DNA of 64,000 nucleotides, from the NCBI GenBank assembly GCA_003599505.1, contig QZKO01000045.1, positions 2,535-66,534 of the forward strand, read 5' to 3'. The position numbers were made by a program, and so were the translations under genes. The notes under the pieces were generated by a model. It was not told the origin of the DNA, did no database searches, and saw only the letters and a list, made by a program, of their open reading frames with translations. Shown here one piece after another: positions 10,170 to 19,234 of the stretch. Source of the stretch: Nitrospiraceae bacterium. Lineage in GTDB: Bacteria; Nitrospirota; Thermodesulfovibrionia; UBA6902. The number at the start of each line of letters is the position of its first letter. Position 1 is the stretch's first letter.

Positions 10170-11606
10170 ATGACAGGTCAAAAAATCGACATACTCTTCG
10201 CCATCATGGCTGTTCAGGAAGTTGAATTTTTCATTCCCGTTGCCAGGCGGCTCATGCAGGAAGACGGCCTGAATATTTCCTTTCTGACCTTTCATGAGGC
10301 GGGAGATGATATTCTTGAAAGAGAAGGTATCCCTTATTTCAGCCTGCATAAAATCAAAAGGGAAAAGGAAAGAAACGTCAGACAGGCTTCGGGGGATGTT
10401 GAACATATAGAGAAAAAGCTGGGCGTGCGTGTTGAAAACCTGATCTTTCATGAAATGCACATGTCCGGCAGAAACAGAAAGGATTTGATATCAAAGGCTA
10501 CATGTTATGATTCCATATTTAACGACATCCTGAGGAGAAACGACATTGGCTGCGTGGTGCAGGAGCTCGGAGGCTTTATCGCGCCTTTGACCCTATATTA
10601 TGCTTCCGCCGAAAACAGGACCGATCATATATTCATCGAGCCTGCCATGTTCAGAAAAAGGATTGTCTTTACTCTTAACAACCTTTACGCTGACATACCC
10701 TGCTATGAAGACAGGAAGGCGTCAATGAACGACGACCTGAGGAGTCTGCTCGATGACTACAAAGACCGTAAGACCGTTGTCATACCGAAGAAGGACAGGC
10801 ATTTCTTTCAGGACATGACCTTCAGGAGGTTATTTTCATCCGATAATTTCCGCCGCCTTTCAAGAAAACTTTACCACAAATATATACTCGGGCGAGAGGA
10901 AGAGTACAACTGGATTTTTCAGTATGCAGCCATGCACTTGATAAAAGCGGTCAGGAGAAAGGTTCTCGGTATTTACTATACGAATCCTGTTGAAGGAGAG
11001 AAATATGTGTATTATCCGTTTCATGTCCCTCTCGACGTGCAGCTTACGGCCCGGTGCCCGGAGTTTTTCGGGCAGGAATATCTCGTGACCCTGATAGCGA
11101 AAAGTCTTCCTCCGGGTTACAAGCTTTATATAAAAGAACACCCCGCGGCCATCGGAGGACATTCCCTGTCAAAACTGAAAAAAGCCCTTGCCTTGTGCGA
11201 CAACATCAGGCTGATCCAACCGGGGCGTAATTCATATGACATCATCAGGAAGGCCGCCTGCGTCATCACAGTGAATTCAAAAGTCGGTTTTGAAGCCATA
11301 ATACAGGGGAAGGCAGTCATCGTCCTCGGGAAGACCTTTTACAGGGGAAAAGGGATGACCTTCGATGCCGGCAGCAGCCTGAGCGAACTTCCTGAAACTT
11401 TAAAGAAGGCCGTCAACTGCGGTCCTGTAAATCAAGGTGAACGGGACTCCTTCCTGGCCAGGGCATATGACTGGTCGTTCAAAGGCGAACTCTACGAAAA
11501 TAGCCCGGAGAATCTTGCCGACTTTTACAATTCACTGAAGGCTTTTATGCTGGAATCCGGGACGATCCGGGGAAAAGAACCCTGTCTTGAAGGTACGTTA
11601 AGATGA
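10170..11606 (+). CDS. KpsS/capsule-synthesis-like glycosyltransferase (candidate nonulosonate transferase)
   Basis: YYPFHVPLD, YIKEHP, VITVNSKVGFEA motifs. Confidence 0.7.
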   Translation: MTGQKIDILFAIMAVQEVEFFIPVARRLMQEDGLNISFLTFHEAGDDILEREGIPYFSLHKIKREKERNVRQASGDVEHIEKKLGVRVENLIFHEMHMSGRNRKDLISKATCYDSIFNDILRRNDIGCVVQELGGFIAPLTLYYASAENRTDHIFIEPAMFRKRIVFTLNNLYADIPCYEDRKASMNDDLRSLLDDYKDRKTVVIPKKDRHFFQDMTFRRLFSSDNFRRLSRKLYHKYILGREEEYNWIFQYAAMHLIKAVRRKVLGIYYTNPVEGEKYVYYPFHVPLDVQLTARCPEFFGQEYLVTLIAKSLPPGYKLYIKEHPAAIGGHSLSKLKKALALCDNIRLIQPGRNSYDIIRKAACVITVNSKVGFEAIIQGKAVIVLGKTFYRGKGMTFDAGSSLSELPETLKKAVNCGPVNQGERDSFLARAYDWSFKGELYENSPENLADFYNSLKAFMLESGTIRGKEPCLEGTLR

Positions 11607-13039
11607 GATATAAAAGAATCTTGCTCCTGTTCCCTGACTATAAGGGCGGGCACTTCGGCGCTCTTCGCCCCCCTGCCGGTCTCGGTTATATCGCAGAGAC
11701 ACTGAAGACGGACCGTATTGATTATGAAGTCGTGGACATGGCCGCAGGGGCTTCGATGGAGGAGCTGAAGGAAAAGATCGTTTCATTTAAACCCGATCTC
11801 GTCGGGATAAGCATGATGACCTTCATGTACAGGAGGTCATATGAAATCATAGGCTATGTCAAGAAAACAAACCCGTCCCTCAAAATAATTGCCGGCGGCC
11901 CTCATGTCTCGACCCTCAGGGAAAAGGTCCTGCAGGAGTGCCCTTCGCTGGACTTCGGGGCGGTACTTGAAGGAGAGATGACGATCCTTGAACTATGCAG
12001 GGGCGTCGATCCGTCTTCGATAAAGGGATTAATTTACAGAAACGGAGAGGATATTATTTTTAACGGCGAAAGGACCTTTATAGACAACCTCGATAATGTC
12101 CCTTTCCCGAAATTTGAAAAATTTCCTCTCGGCAAGTATGTGACCGAGGAAATCGGGATAGTGTCATCGAGGGGTTGTCCGCATGGATGCATATACTGCC
12201 CCGTAAAGGCCGCCATAGGAAGACAATGGCGGAAACGGGGCGCCGACGCGATGGTTGACGAGATACAGTACTGGTATGACAGGGGATACCGCCAGATGAG
12301 TATCCTTGACGACAATTTTACTTTTGAGAGGGCAAGGGTAATTGAAATTTGCGAAAAGATCAAAAGCAGGGACCTCAAGGGCCTTGAACTTAATTGTAAT
12401 AACGGCGTCAGGGCTGACAAGGTGAATCATGAGATTCTCAGGCATATGAGAGAGGCGGGCTTCGCATATCTGGCGTTCGGGGTCGAGGGCGGAAACGACA
12501 AGGTGCTGAAAAACATAAACAAAGGGGTGAAGATGGAGTCCATTGAAAGGGCGATTAAAGAGGCCCTTGAACTCGGCTTCAAAGTGACCCTGTTCTTTAT
12601 AGTCGGTTCGCCCGGAGAGACCATGGACGACATAAAGGATTCCATAAACCTGGCGCTTAAGTATCCTGTGTTCGATGCGAGGTTTTACAACCTGATTCCC
12701 TTCCCGCAAAGCAGGTTATACGATTGGGTCAGGGAGAACAACTATTTTACGGTGGATTCCGAAACATATCTCAACAACTCATCCCAGTGGAGCTGTCAGC
12801 CTGTATTTGAAACTCCTGACCTGAACAGGCAGGAGCGGGAGGAGGCATTGAGAATAGTAAGAGGCGTCAGGAAAAAAATCAGGTATAATTCGATGAGAAG
12901 TTCACTATCAGCGAAACTGGGGCCTGCGGCGTCATTGGTTGCCACACTCTACGTTAACGACTGGGTCCAGGATAAATTGATGAAGAGCGGCGCCCTGAGG
13001 AGAAACCTGAAAAAAGCCTTCATGCGTATTTCACATTAA
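11603..13039 (+). CDS. Cobalamin-binding radical SAM protein
   Basis: N-terminal B12 domain (GGPH), SRGCPHGCIYC. Confidence 0.9.
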   Translation: MRYKRILLLFPDYKGGHFGALRPPAGLGYIAETLKTDRIDYEVVDMAAGASMEELKEKIVSFKPDLVGISMMTFMYRRSYEIIGYVKKTNPSLKIIAGGPHVSTLREKVLQECPSLDFGAVLEGEMTILELCRGVDPSSIKGLIYRNGEDIIFNGERTFIDNLDNVPFPKFEKFPLGKYVTEEIGIVSSRGCPHGCIYCPVKAAIGRQWRKRGADAMVDEIQYWYDRGYRQMSILDDNFTFERARVIEICEKIKSRDLKGLELNCNNGVRADKVNHEILRHMREAGFAYLAFGVEGGNDKVLKNINKGVKMESIERAIKEALELGFKVTLFFIVGSPGETMDDIKDSINLALKYPVFDARFYNLIPFPQSRLYDWVRENNYFTVDSETYLNNSSQWSCQPVFETPDLNRQEREEALRIVRGVRKKIRYNSMRSSLSAKLGPAASLVATLYVNDWVQDKLMKSGALRRNLKKAFMRISH

Positions 13040-13043
13040 GACT

Positions 13044-14534
13044 ATGAGAGTATTATTCCTTAATCCCCCGTTCATGTCCCGGCACGGGAAGTTCTCCAGG
13101 GAGCAGCGCAGCCCTGCCGTTACAAAAAGCGGCACTTTTTATTATCCCATGTGGCTCTGCTATGCCGCGGGGCTTCTTGAAAAACACGGCTTTGAGGTCA
13201 GGGTAATAGATGCCCCGGCAAAGCGGATGTCTGTTGAGGACGCCCTTTCCGCGCTCAAAGACTTCGCTCCCGAGCTCATTGTTGTGGACACCTCAACCCC
13301 CAGCATATATGCGGACGCGGACGTTGCCCTCAGGATAAAGGGCCTGACCGGCGGCTTCATCGTCCTCGTAGGCACCCATCCTTCCGCCCTCCCCGAACAG
13401 ACGCTGAAGATAAATGATTGCGTTGACGCGGTCGCCAGGAAAGAGTACGAATATACTGTGCTGGAGCTTGCGTCGCTCATGGAAAAAGGGGCGACGGGCA
13501 GGGAAGCGTTAAGCAAAATTGACGGCCTTTCTTTCAGGCAGGGGGATGAAATATTTCATAACAGGGACAGACAATTTCTTGACGACGTCGATTCGCTCCC
13601 TTTCGTCAGCGAAAGCTACAGGAGGCATCTTGATTACAGGGATTACTTCTACGCCCACAGCAGGCACCCGATTGTTACGCTTATTACGGGCAGGGGTTGT
13701 CCGCATCGTTGCGTGTACTGTCTGTATCCTCAGACCTTCAACGGTCACAGGCTGAGATACCGCAGCATAAAAAATGTCGTGGACGAGATAGAGTACTGCT
13801 ACCGGAATTTCCCTGACCTTAAAGAGATAATGTTTGAGGATGATACCCTGACCGTGAACAAGAAAAGGGCGACGGAATTCGCTCACGAGATATTAAAGAG
13901 GGGACTGAAGTTCAAGTGGTCCGCTAACTCGCGCGCAGACGTCGATCTGGAAACCATGAAGATCCTGAAAAAGGCCGGAGCGAGGCTTTTCTGCGTGGGC
14001 ATAGAAAGCGGGGAGCAGTCCATTCTTGATTCGATGAAAAAGAACCTCAAGGTTGAAAGGATCAAACAATTTTTCATGGATGCCAGGCAGGCCGGCATTC
14101 TGATTCACGGCTGTTTCCTCGTCGGCAATCCCGGCGAGACAGGGGAGACCCTTAAAACCACGCTCGATTTTGCCCTCGAATTAAACCCTGATACCGCCCA
14201 GTTTTTTCCCATCATGGTCTACCCCGGCACAAGCGCGTATGACTGGGCAAAACAGAACAAATACCTGGTGACGGAAGATTTTCAGGAATGGCTTTCCCCG
14301 GAGGGGCTGCATAATTGCGTTCTTTCGCGGCCGGGCCTTTCAAACAGGGAACTTGTCGCATTCTGCGACGAGGCAAGAAAAAAATTTTACATGCGGCCCT
14401 CTTTCATAGCGAGAAAATTTATCCAGGGCCTCTCCAACCCGCAGGAACTCAAAAGGCTCTCAAAGGGCGCCTTCACGCTGTCGAAACACCTGTTAAAGCT
14501 TACACCTGCACTCCGCAAAGGCTGCGACCCTTAG
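13044..14534 (+). CDS. Cobalamin-binding radical SAM protein (HpnJ-like N-terminus)
   Basis: FLNPPF, YYPMWL, GRGCPHRCVYC, FEDDT. Confidence 0.88.
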   Translation: MRVLFLNPPFMSRHGKFSREQRSPAVTKSGTFYYPMWLCYAAGLLEKHGFEVRVIDAPAKRMSVEDALSALKDFAPELIVVDTSTPSIYADADVALRIKGLTGGFIVLVGTHPSALPEQTLKINDCVDAVARKEYEYTVLELASLMEKGATGREALSKIDGLSFRQGDEIFHNRDRQFLDDVDSLPFVSESYRRHLDYRDYFYAHSRHPIVTLITGRGCPHRCVYCLYPQTFNGHRLRYRSIKNVVDEIEYCYRNFPDLKEIMFEDDTLTVNKKRATEFAHEILKRGLKFKWSANSRADVDLETMKILKKAGARLFCVGIESGEQSILDSMKKNLKVERIKQFFMDARQAGILIHGCFLVGNPGETGETLKTTLDFALELNPDTAQFFPIMVYPGTSAYDWAKQNKYLVTEDFQEWLSPEGLHNCVLSRPGLSNRELVAFCDEARKKFYMRPSFIARKFIQGLSNPQELKRLSKGAFTLSKHLLKLTPALRKGCDP

Positions 14535-14535
14535 C

Positions 14536-15510
14536 ATGGTTTCCGTCATAGTACCCGCATATAATGCCGAAAAGACGCTCGCCGGGTGTCTCGATTCACT
14601 CACCAGACAGGATTACCGCGGACGTTATGAAGTGATCGTTGTCGATGATGGATCTACCGACTCCACTGCCCGCATTGCTGCAGGGTACTCCGTGGCAAAG
14701 CTGGTAAGACAGGAGAATGCCGGGCCCTCGTCTGCGAGAAATAAAGGGGCTGCCGCGGCTGAAGGCGAGATAATTCTTTTTACGGACTCTGATTGCATGC
14801 CTGAGCCTGACTGGATTTCTGAAATGCTCAGGCCTTTTAATGAAAATCCTGAGATTGTCGGCGTCAAGGGGGCGTATAAAACGCGCCAAAAAGAGCTGGC
14901 CGCGAGGTTTGTCCAAATTGAGTATGAAGACAAGTACGCCTATATGATGAGGAACAAATATATTGATTTTATCGACACCTACTCCGCAGGCTTTAAAAAA
15001 GCCGTCTTCCTTGAAATGGAAGGATATGACACGGAATTTCCCGTAGCCTGCGCCGAGGACATTGAGCTTTCCTACAGATTGTCACGCCGCGGGTACAGGA
15101 TGATTTTCAATCCGGCCGCGATAGTCTATCATATTCACCCCGACCGGTTGACCGGTTATCTGAAAAAGAAATACAAGTTTGCGTACTGGAGGATGCTCGC
15201 GCTCAGGAAAAATCCCGGCAAGTCCCTAAAAGATTCACACACGCCGCAGATGATGAAACTTCAGCTCCTGTTTCCTCCCCTAATCATCGGTAGCGCGATA
15301 CCAGCGCTTCTGTCGGACAAACACCTGTATTTGTCCGGTTTTATCCTGCTTGTGTTGCTCTTTGGAATCACTACGGCGTCATTCACTGTAAGAACTTTAA
15401 AGAGAGATTTCACTGTAGGACTGTTATCCCCGGCGCTGCTGTTTTGCCGGGCGGCGGCGCAATTTTCCGGCGTGCTTTCCGGGATTATTTATATCAGCAA
15501 AAGAAAATAA
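14536..15510 (+). CDS. GT2 glycosyltransferase
   Basis: VSVIVPAYN, VVDDGSTD, FTDSD, C-terminal TM segments. Confidence 0.92.
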   Translation: MVSVIVPAYNAEKTLAGCLDSLTRQDYRGRYEVIVVDDGSTDSTARIAAGYSVAKLVRQENAGPSSARNKGAAAAEGEIILFTDSDCMPEPDWISEMLRPFNENPEIVGVKGAYKTRQKELAARFVQIEYEDKYAYMMRNKYIDFIDTYSAGFKKAVFLEMEGYDTEFPVACAEDIELSYRLSRRGYRMIFNPAAIVYHIHPDRLTGYLKKKYKFAYWRMLALRKNPGKSLKDSHTPQMMKLQLLFPPLIIGSAIPALLSDKHLYLSGFILLVLLFGITTASFTVRTLKRDFTVGLLSPALLFCRAAAQFSGVLSGIIYISKRK

Positions 15511-15572
15511 ATAGAGGCTGGATGAACGTATAAAAGATAGGTCCGCGTACTTGGGCAGGGAATAAGAATTAA

Positions 15573-16061
15573 TCACCCCTGAATTTCCGTAAGTTCAATC
15601 AGCAGCCTCATTGCCGCAAGCGCGGCTTCCTCTTTGTTTTCGTCCCTGTTTCCCTTTAACCTTAATTCACGGGAAACAGTCTTTCCCACCCTGCCTGCCG
15701 CTATGTAAACCAACCCTCTTTCCTTTCCCTCAAGCGCGTCAGGACCGAGGTTGCCAGTGGCGGATACGGCGTAGTCCGTTTTTGAGAGCAGACGGACCTT
15801 TTCAGCCATCTCCCTTGCAATCTCATCACTGACAACTCCATACCCCGATATCGCATCCGGAGAAATACCGAGTATGCTTCTCTTGATTTCTTCCGAATAG
15901 GCTGTAATCCCCGCTGTAAAGAACTTGCCCGCTCCGGGAAGAGCAGTAATGAAATGACTGATAAGCCCGCCTGTGCAGGATTCTGCAACTGAAAGCGTCA
16001 ACCCCTTATTCCTGAAAAACTCATGCACCTTTGAAATTGCCTCAAAAATCTCCTGCTTCAT
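15573..16061 (-). CDS. CinA C-terminal domain protein (PncC-like NMN deamidase); start moved to ATG 16061
   Basis: SVAESCTGG motif. Confidence 0.88.
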   Translation of the reverse strand: MKQEIFEAISKVHEFFRNKGLTLSVAESCTGGLISHFITALPGAGKFFTAGITAYSEEIKRSILGISPDAISGYGVVSDEIAREMAEKVRLLSKTDYAVSATGNLGPDALEGKERGLVYIAAGRVGKTVSRELRLKGNRDENKEEAALAAMRLLIELTEIQG

Positions 16062-16142
16062 GCTATAGATTGTAGCACTTCCGGAATAACTTTTAACCGC
16101 GTTCATGAACCTGGACGGGTATGGCGGTAAAGCGGCGGGAGG

Positions 16143-16493
16143 TTACTTCAGTATCCTGTTTTTCTCATCTACCCTGATAATAACAGGAGAAAAACCCTTA
16201 ATCTCTTCTTCAGTGTAATAGCAGTATGAAAAGATTATTATCACGTCGCCTACCGTGCCTTTCCTGGCAGCGGGCCCGTTGAGACAGATTACGCCGGAAT
16301 TCCTTTTGCCCGGGATCACATACGTTTCAAACCTCTCGCCGTTATTCAGATTGCTGACCCGGACCTGCTCGTAGGGTATCATTCCGGAGGCTTCAAGCAG
16401 CGCCTCATCCACTGTCAGACTGCCTTCGTAAGTGATATTGGACTCGGTCACAACGGCCTTGTGTATTTTGGCCCTCAACATGCAGCGAAGCAT
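16143..16493 (-). CDS. panD: Aspartate 1-decarboxylase
   Basis: AKIHKA, YEGS cleavage site, RFETY, LNGPAAR. Confidence 0.95.
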   Translation of the reverse strand: MLRCMLRAKIHKAVVTESNITYEGSLTVDEALLEASGMIPYEQVRVSNLNNGERFETYVIPGKRNSGVICLNGPAARKGTVGDVIIIFSYCYYTEEEIKGFSPVIIRVDEKNRILK

Positions 16494-16576
16494 TATAATT
16501 TCCTCACATTATTACTGATAATATCTGCTAACTTCACGATAACAGATTGATGATACAGGATTCAAGAGTTCGAAGA

Positions 16577-16852
16577 TTATCCTATGATCTTCGGCACTTT
16601 GTAAAAGCCGCCTTCTTTTTCAGGGGCGTTCTGCAGCGCGGTCTCCCCGGGAAGAGAGTCCGTTATCCCATCTTCCCTGAAAACATTTTTTATGGGAAGG
16701 ACATGGGCCGTGGGTTCTATATCCGTCGTATCGAGCTCGTTCAGTTTGTTTACGTACTCAATAATACCGCCGACCTGTCTGGAGAAAAGCTCCTTCTCTT
16801 TTTCTGCCAGATTGAGCCTTGCGAGCAGAGAAACATGCCCGATGTCCATCAA
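16577..16852 (-). CDS. gatC: Asp/Glu-tRNA amidotransferase subunit C
   Basis: HVSLLARL, LNELDT, FREDG, NAP, KVPKI. Confidence 0.92.
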   Translation of the reverse strand: MMDIGHVSLLARLNLAEKEKELFSRQVGGIIEYVNKLNELDTTDIEPTAHVLPIKNVFREDGITDSLPGETALQNAPEKEGGFYKVPKIIG

Positions 16853-18957
16853 ATCTTCTCCAGGTTGGCGAATTTAAGGGAAAGTCTCTTTATCCCGACA
16901 GACGGGAAGTTCACCATGACCTTCACGTCATCCGTCTCTCCATAACTGTCCCTTACCACTCCTATTCCCCACTTCGGGTGCTTTACCCTGGAGCCTGTCA
17001 CAAAGGGAGATGTACCTAAAATATCTCCGGAACGTTGGACCGTCTGGAAAGCGATTTTATCCGTCTTGGGTCTCTTCTCAACGCAGCGGTAACATCCGGC
17101 CGGTATGTCAGCGAGAAACCGCGAAGGCTGCTGCTCCTGCAGAGAGGTATACAATCTCCTCTTTCGGGCCCCGGTCAGAACAAGAAAATCCTGCGCCCGT
17201 GTTACGCCGACATAAAAGAGCCTCCGTTCTTCCGCAAGCTCCTCAGGGTCCTTTATCGCATGGAAGTGCGGCAGGAGACCGTCTTCAAGCCCGGTGATGA
17301 ACACCACCGGGAATTCAAGCCCTTTCGCGCTGTGAAGGGTCAGGAGGGAAACCGCGTCGTCCTCGCAGGCCTCTTCCATCCCGCTGTAAAGTGAAGCAAG
17401 GTCGATAAACCCGCCGATGTCCTTCCCCCCGGTAAGATTTATAAGCTCCGTGACATTGTCGGCTTTTTCCTCACCGATCCAGTCGAGATATCCTGTTTTA
17501 TCACATATCAGTTTTATCAGGTCCGGCAGAGGAGAGTCCCTGTGCGCGATCAGCTCATCCATTATATCCGCAAACCCGCTGATTTTATCTTTCAACGCGG
17601 CCGTGTGAGCGTTACTTCTGAGGATATATTTCATGGTCCGGTAAAGACTTTCTTCCCTCTTGCGGGACTCGCTCTCCACCCTTGTAATAGTAGCCGCGCC
17701 GATCTGCCTCGGCGGACAATTGACGATTCTTTTAAGGCTTACCGTATCATCCGGATTAGCGATTACTTTCAGGTAAGAGATAATATCTTTTATCTCTTTT
17801 CTCTGATAAAAGCTGATCCCTCCGAATATGCGGTAATGCTGTCCGTTATCCCTTAGCGCCTCTTCGAGGGCCCTGGACTGCTGGTTTATCCTGTAAAGGA
17901 CAGCGATGTCTTTATAAGAATACTTGCCTTTAAGATAGAGCTCCTTGATCAGCCTCGATATGTACCGCGCCTCTTCAAGCTCATTGCTCGCGATGCAGTA
18001 ATACACCTTCTCGCCGGCGCCTCTTTCCGTCCAGAGTTTCTTGGGCATTCTTGAAGGATTACGAGCGATAACGCTGTCCGCGATATTGAGAATATTCTGG
18101 GTAGAACGGTAATTCTGCTCCAGGCGGATGACTTTTGTTTTTGAAAAATCTTTTTTAAAGAGGTGGATATTCTTTACCTCTGCGCCCCGGAATTTATAAA
18201 TACTCTGATCGTCGTCTCCCACAACGCAGATGTTTTTATCTTTTGAAGACAGGAGCCTGGCAAGCCTGTACTGGGACACATTCGTATCCTGAAATTCATC
18301 TATCATTATGTGCGAAAACTCTTTCTGGTATTTTTTCAGGACTGCCGGGTGCCTTTCAAACAGCCTGACGCAGAACATGATGAGGTCGTCAAAGTCCAGG
18401 GCGTTATTTTTCCTGAGCTCGTCCTGGTATCTCACATAAACCCGCGCAAACTTTTCGTCAAAGCCGTAGCTGTCTTCACCGGCAAGCAGCTCTTCAGGCC
18501 CGGTGAGTGAGGCCTTGAGAGAGGATATCTTTGATAAAATACCCTTGTAAAGCGCTTCATGTATCCTGAATTCCTTCAATATAGTACGGATAAGGCTGCC
18601 GGAGTCGTCATCGTCATAAATGCAGAAATCCTTACGGAAACCGAGGGTATCTATTTCCTTTCTCAATATCCTTGCCGACAGGGAATGAAAGGTGCCGATC
18701 CATAAGCCGTTCGTGCTTTTCCCTGTAAAGCTTTCTATCCTCTCCTTCATTTCCCCGGCAGCTTTGTTGGTAAACGTCATCGCGAGTATTGAAGCAGGCG
18801 GGACTTTGTGCGCGGTATTGAGGTAGGCAAACCTGTGAGTGATGACCTTTGTCTTGCCGCTTCCCGCGCCGGCAAGAACGAGTAACGGTCCGTTTGTATG
18901 TGTGACCGCTTCCCTCTGCTGAAGATTCAGGTCATTCAGTAATGTGTTTTTCGTCAT
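16849..18957 (-). CDS. pcrA: PcrA/UvrD DNA helicase
   Basis: AGAGSGKT, DEFQDTN, LEQNYRS, TLHSAKGLEF, C-terminal Tudor-like HPKWG. Confidence 0.93.
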   Translation of the reverse strand: MTKNTLLNDLNLQQREAVTHTNGPLLVLAGAGSGKTKVITHRFAYLNTAHKVPPASILAMTFTNKAAGEMKERIESFTGKSTNGLWIGTFHSLSARILRKEIDTLGFRKDFCIYDDDDSGSLIRTILKEFRIHEALYKGILSKISSLKASLTGPEELLAGEDSYGFDEKFARVYVRYQDELRKNNALDFDDLIMFCVRLFERHPAVLKKYQKEFSHIMIDEFQDTNVSQYRLARLLSSKDKNICVVGDDDQSIYKFRGAEVKNIHLFKKDFSKTKVIRLEQNYRSTQNILNIADSVIARNPSRMPKKLWTERGAGEKVYYCIASNELEEARYISRLIKELYLKGKYSYKDIAVLYRINQQSRALEEALRDNGQHYRIFGGISFYQRKEIKDIISYLKVIANPDDTVSLKRIVNCPPRQIGAATITRVESESRKREESLYRTMKYILRSNAHTAALKDKISGFADIMDELIAHRDSPLPDLIKLICDKTGYLDWIGEEKADNVTELINLTGGKDIGGFIDLASLYSGMEEACEDDAVSLLTLHSAKGLEFPVVFITGLEDGLLPHFHAIKDPEELAEERRLFYVGVTRAQDFLVLTGARKRRLYTSLQEQQPSRFLADIPAGCYRCVEKRPKTDKIAFQTVQRSGDILGTSPFVTGSRVKHPKWGIGVVRDSYGETDDVKVMVNFPSVGIKRLSLKFANLEKI

Positions 18958-19010
18958 TCTTCTCCCAAATATGAAGCGCTTTGATAAACAGATTGAAGGA
19001 TTTCTTTACA

Positions 19011-19161
19011 AAGCCGGATTATTCATAAGCCGGAGCAGGCATGATGGAAAAAAAACATACAGTAAGATACCTTAATTAGTTTTAAGTAATTAGTTGCCGG
19101 ACAAAAACTAACACTATTTCCTGAAACCTTACTTGCTCCGTTTTTATGAACAGACCGGGTT
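19011..19161. repeat. About 150-bp element bounded by imperfect ~29-bp inverted repeats (MITE-like)
   Basis: aagccggattattcataagccggagcagg (19011-19039) vs reverse complement of 19132-19161, aacccggtctgttcataaaaacggagcaag. Confidence 0.45.
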
Positions 19162-19234
19162 AAGCGTTTATAACATTATATCAGACATAACGGAAATTTG
19201 TTGCCGCTTATGGCTGAATAGATAAAATTTATAC

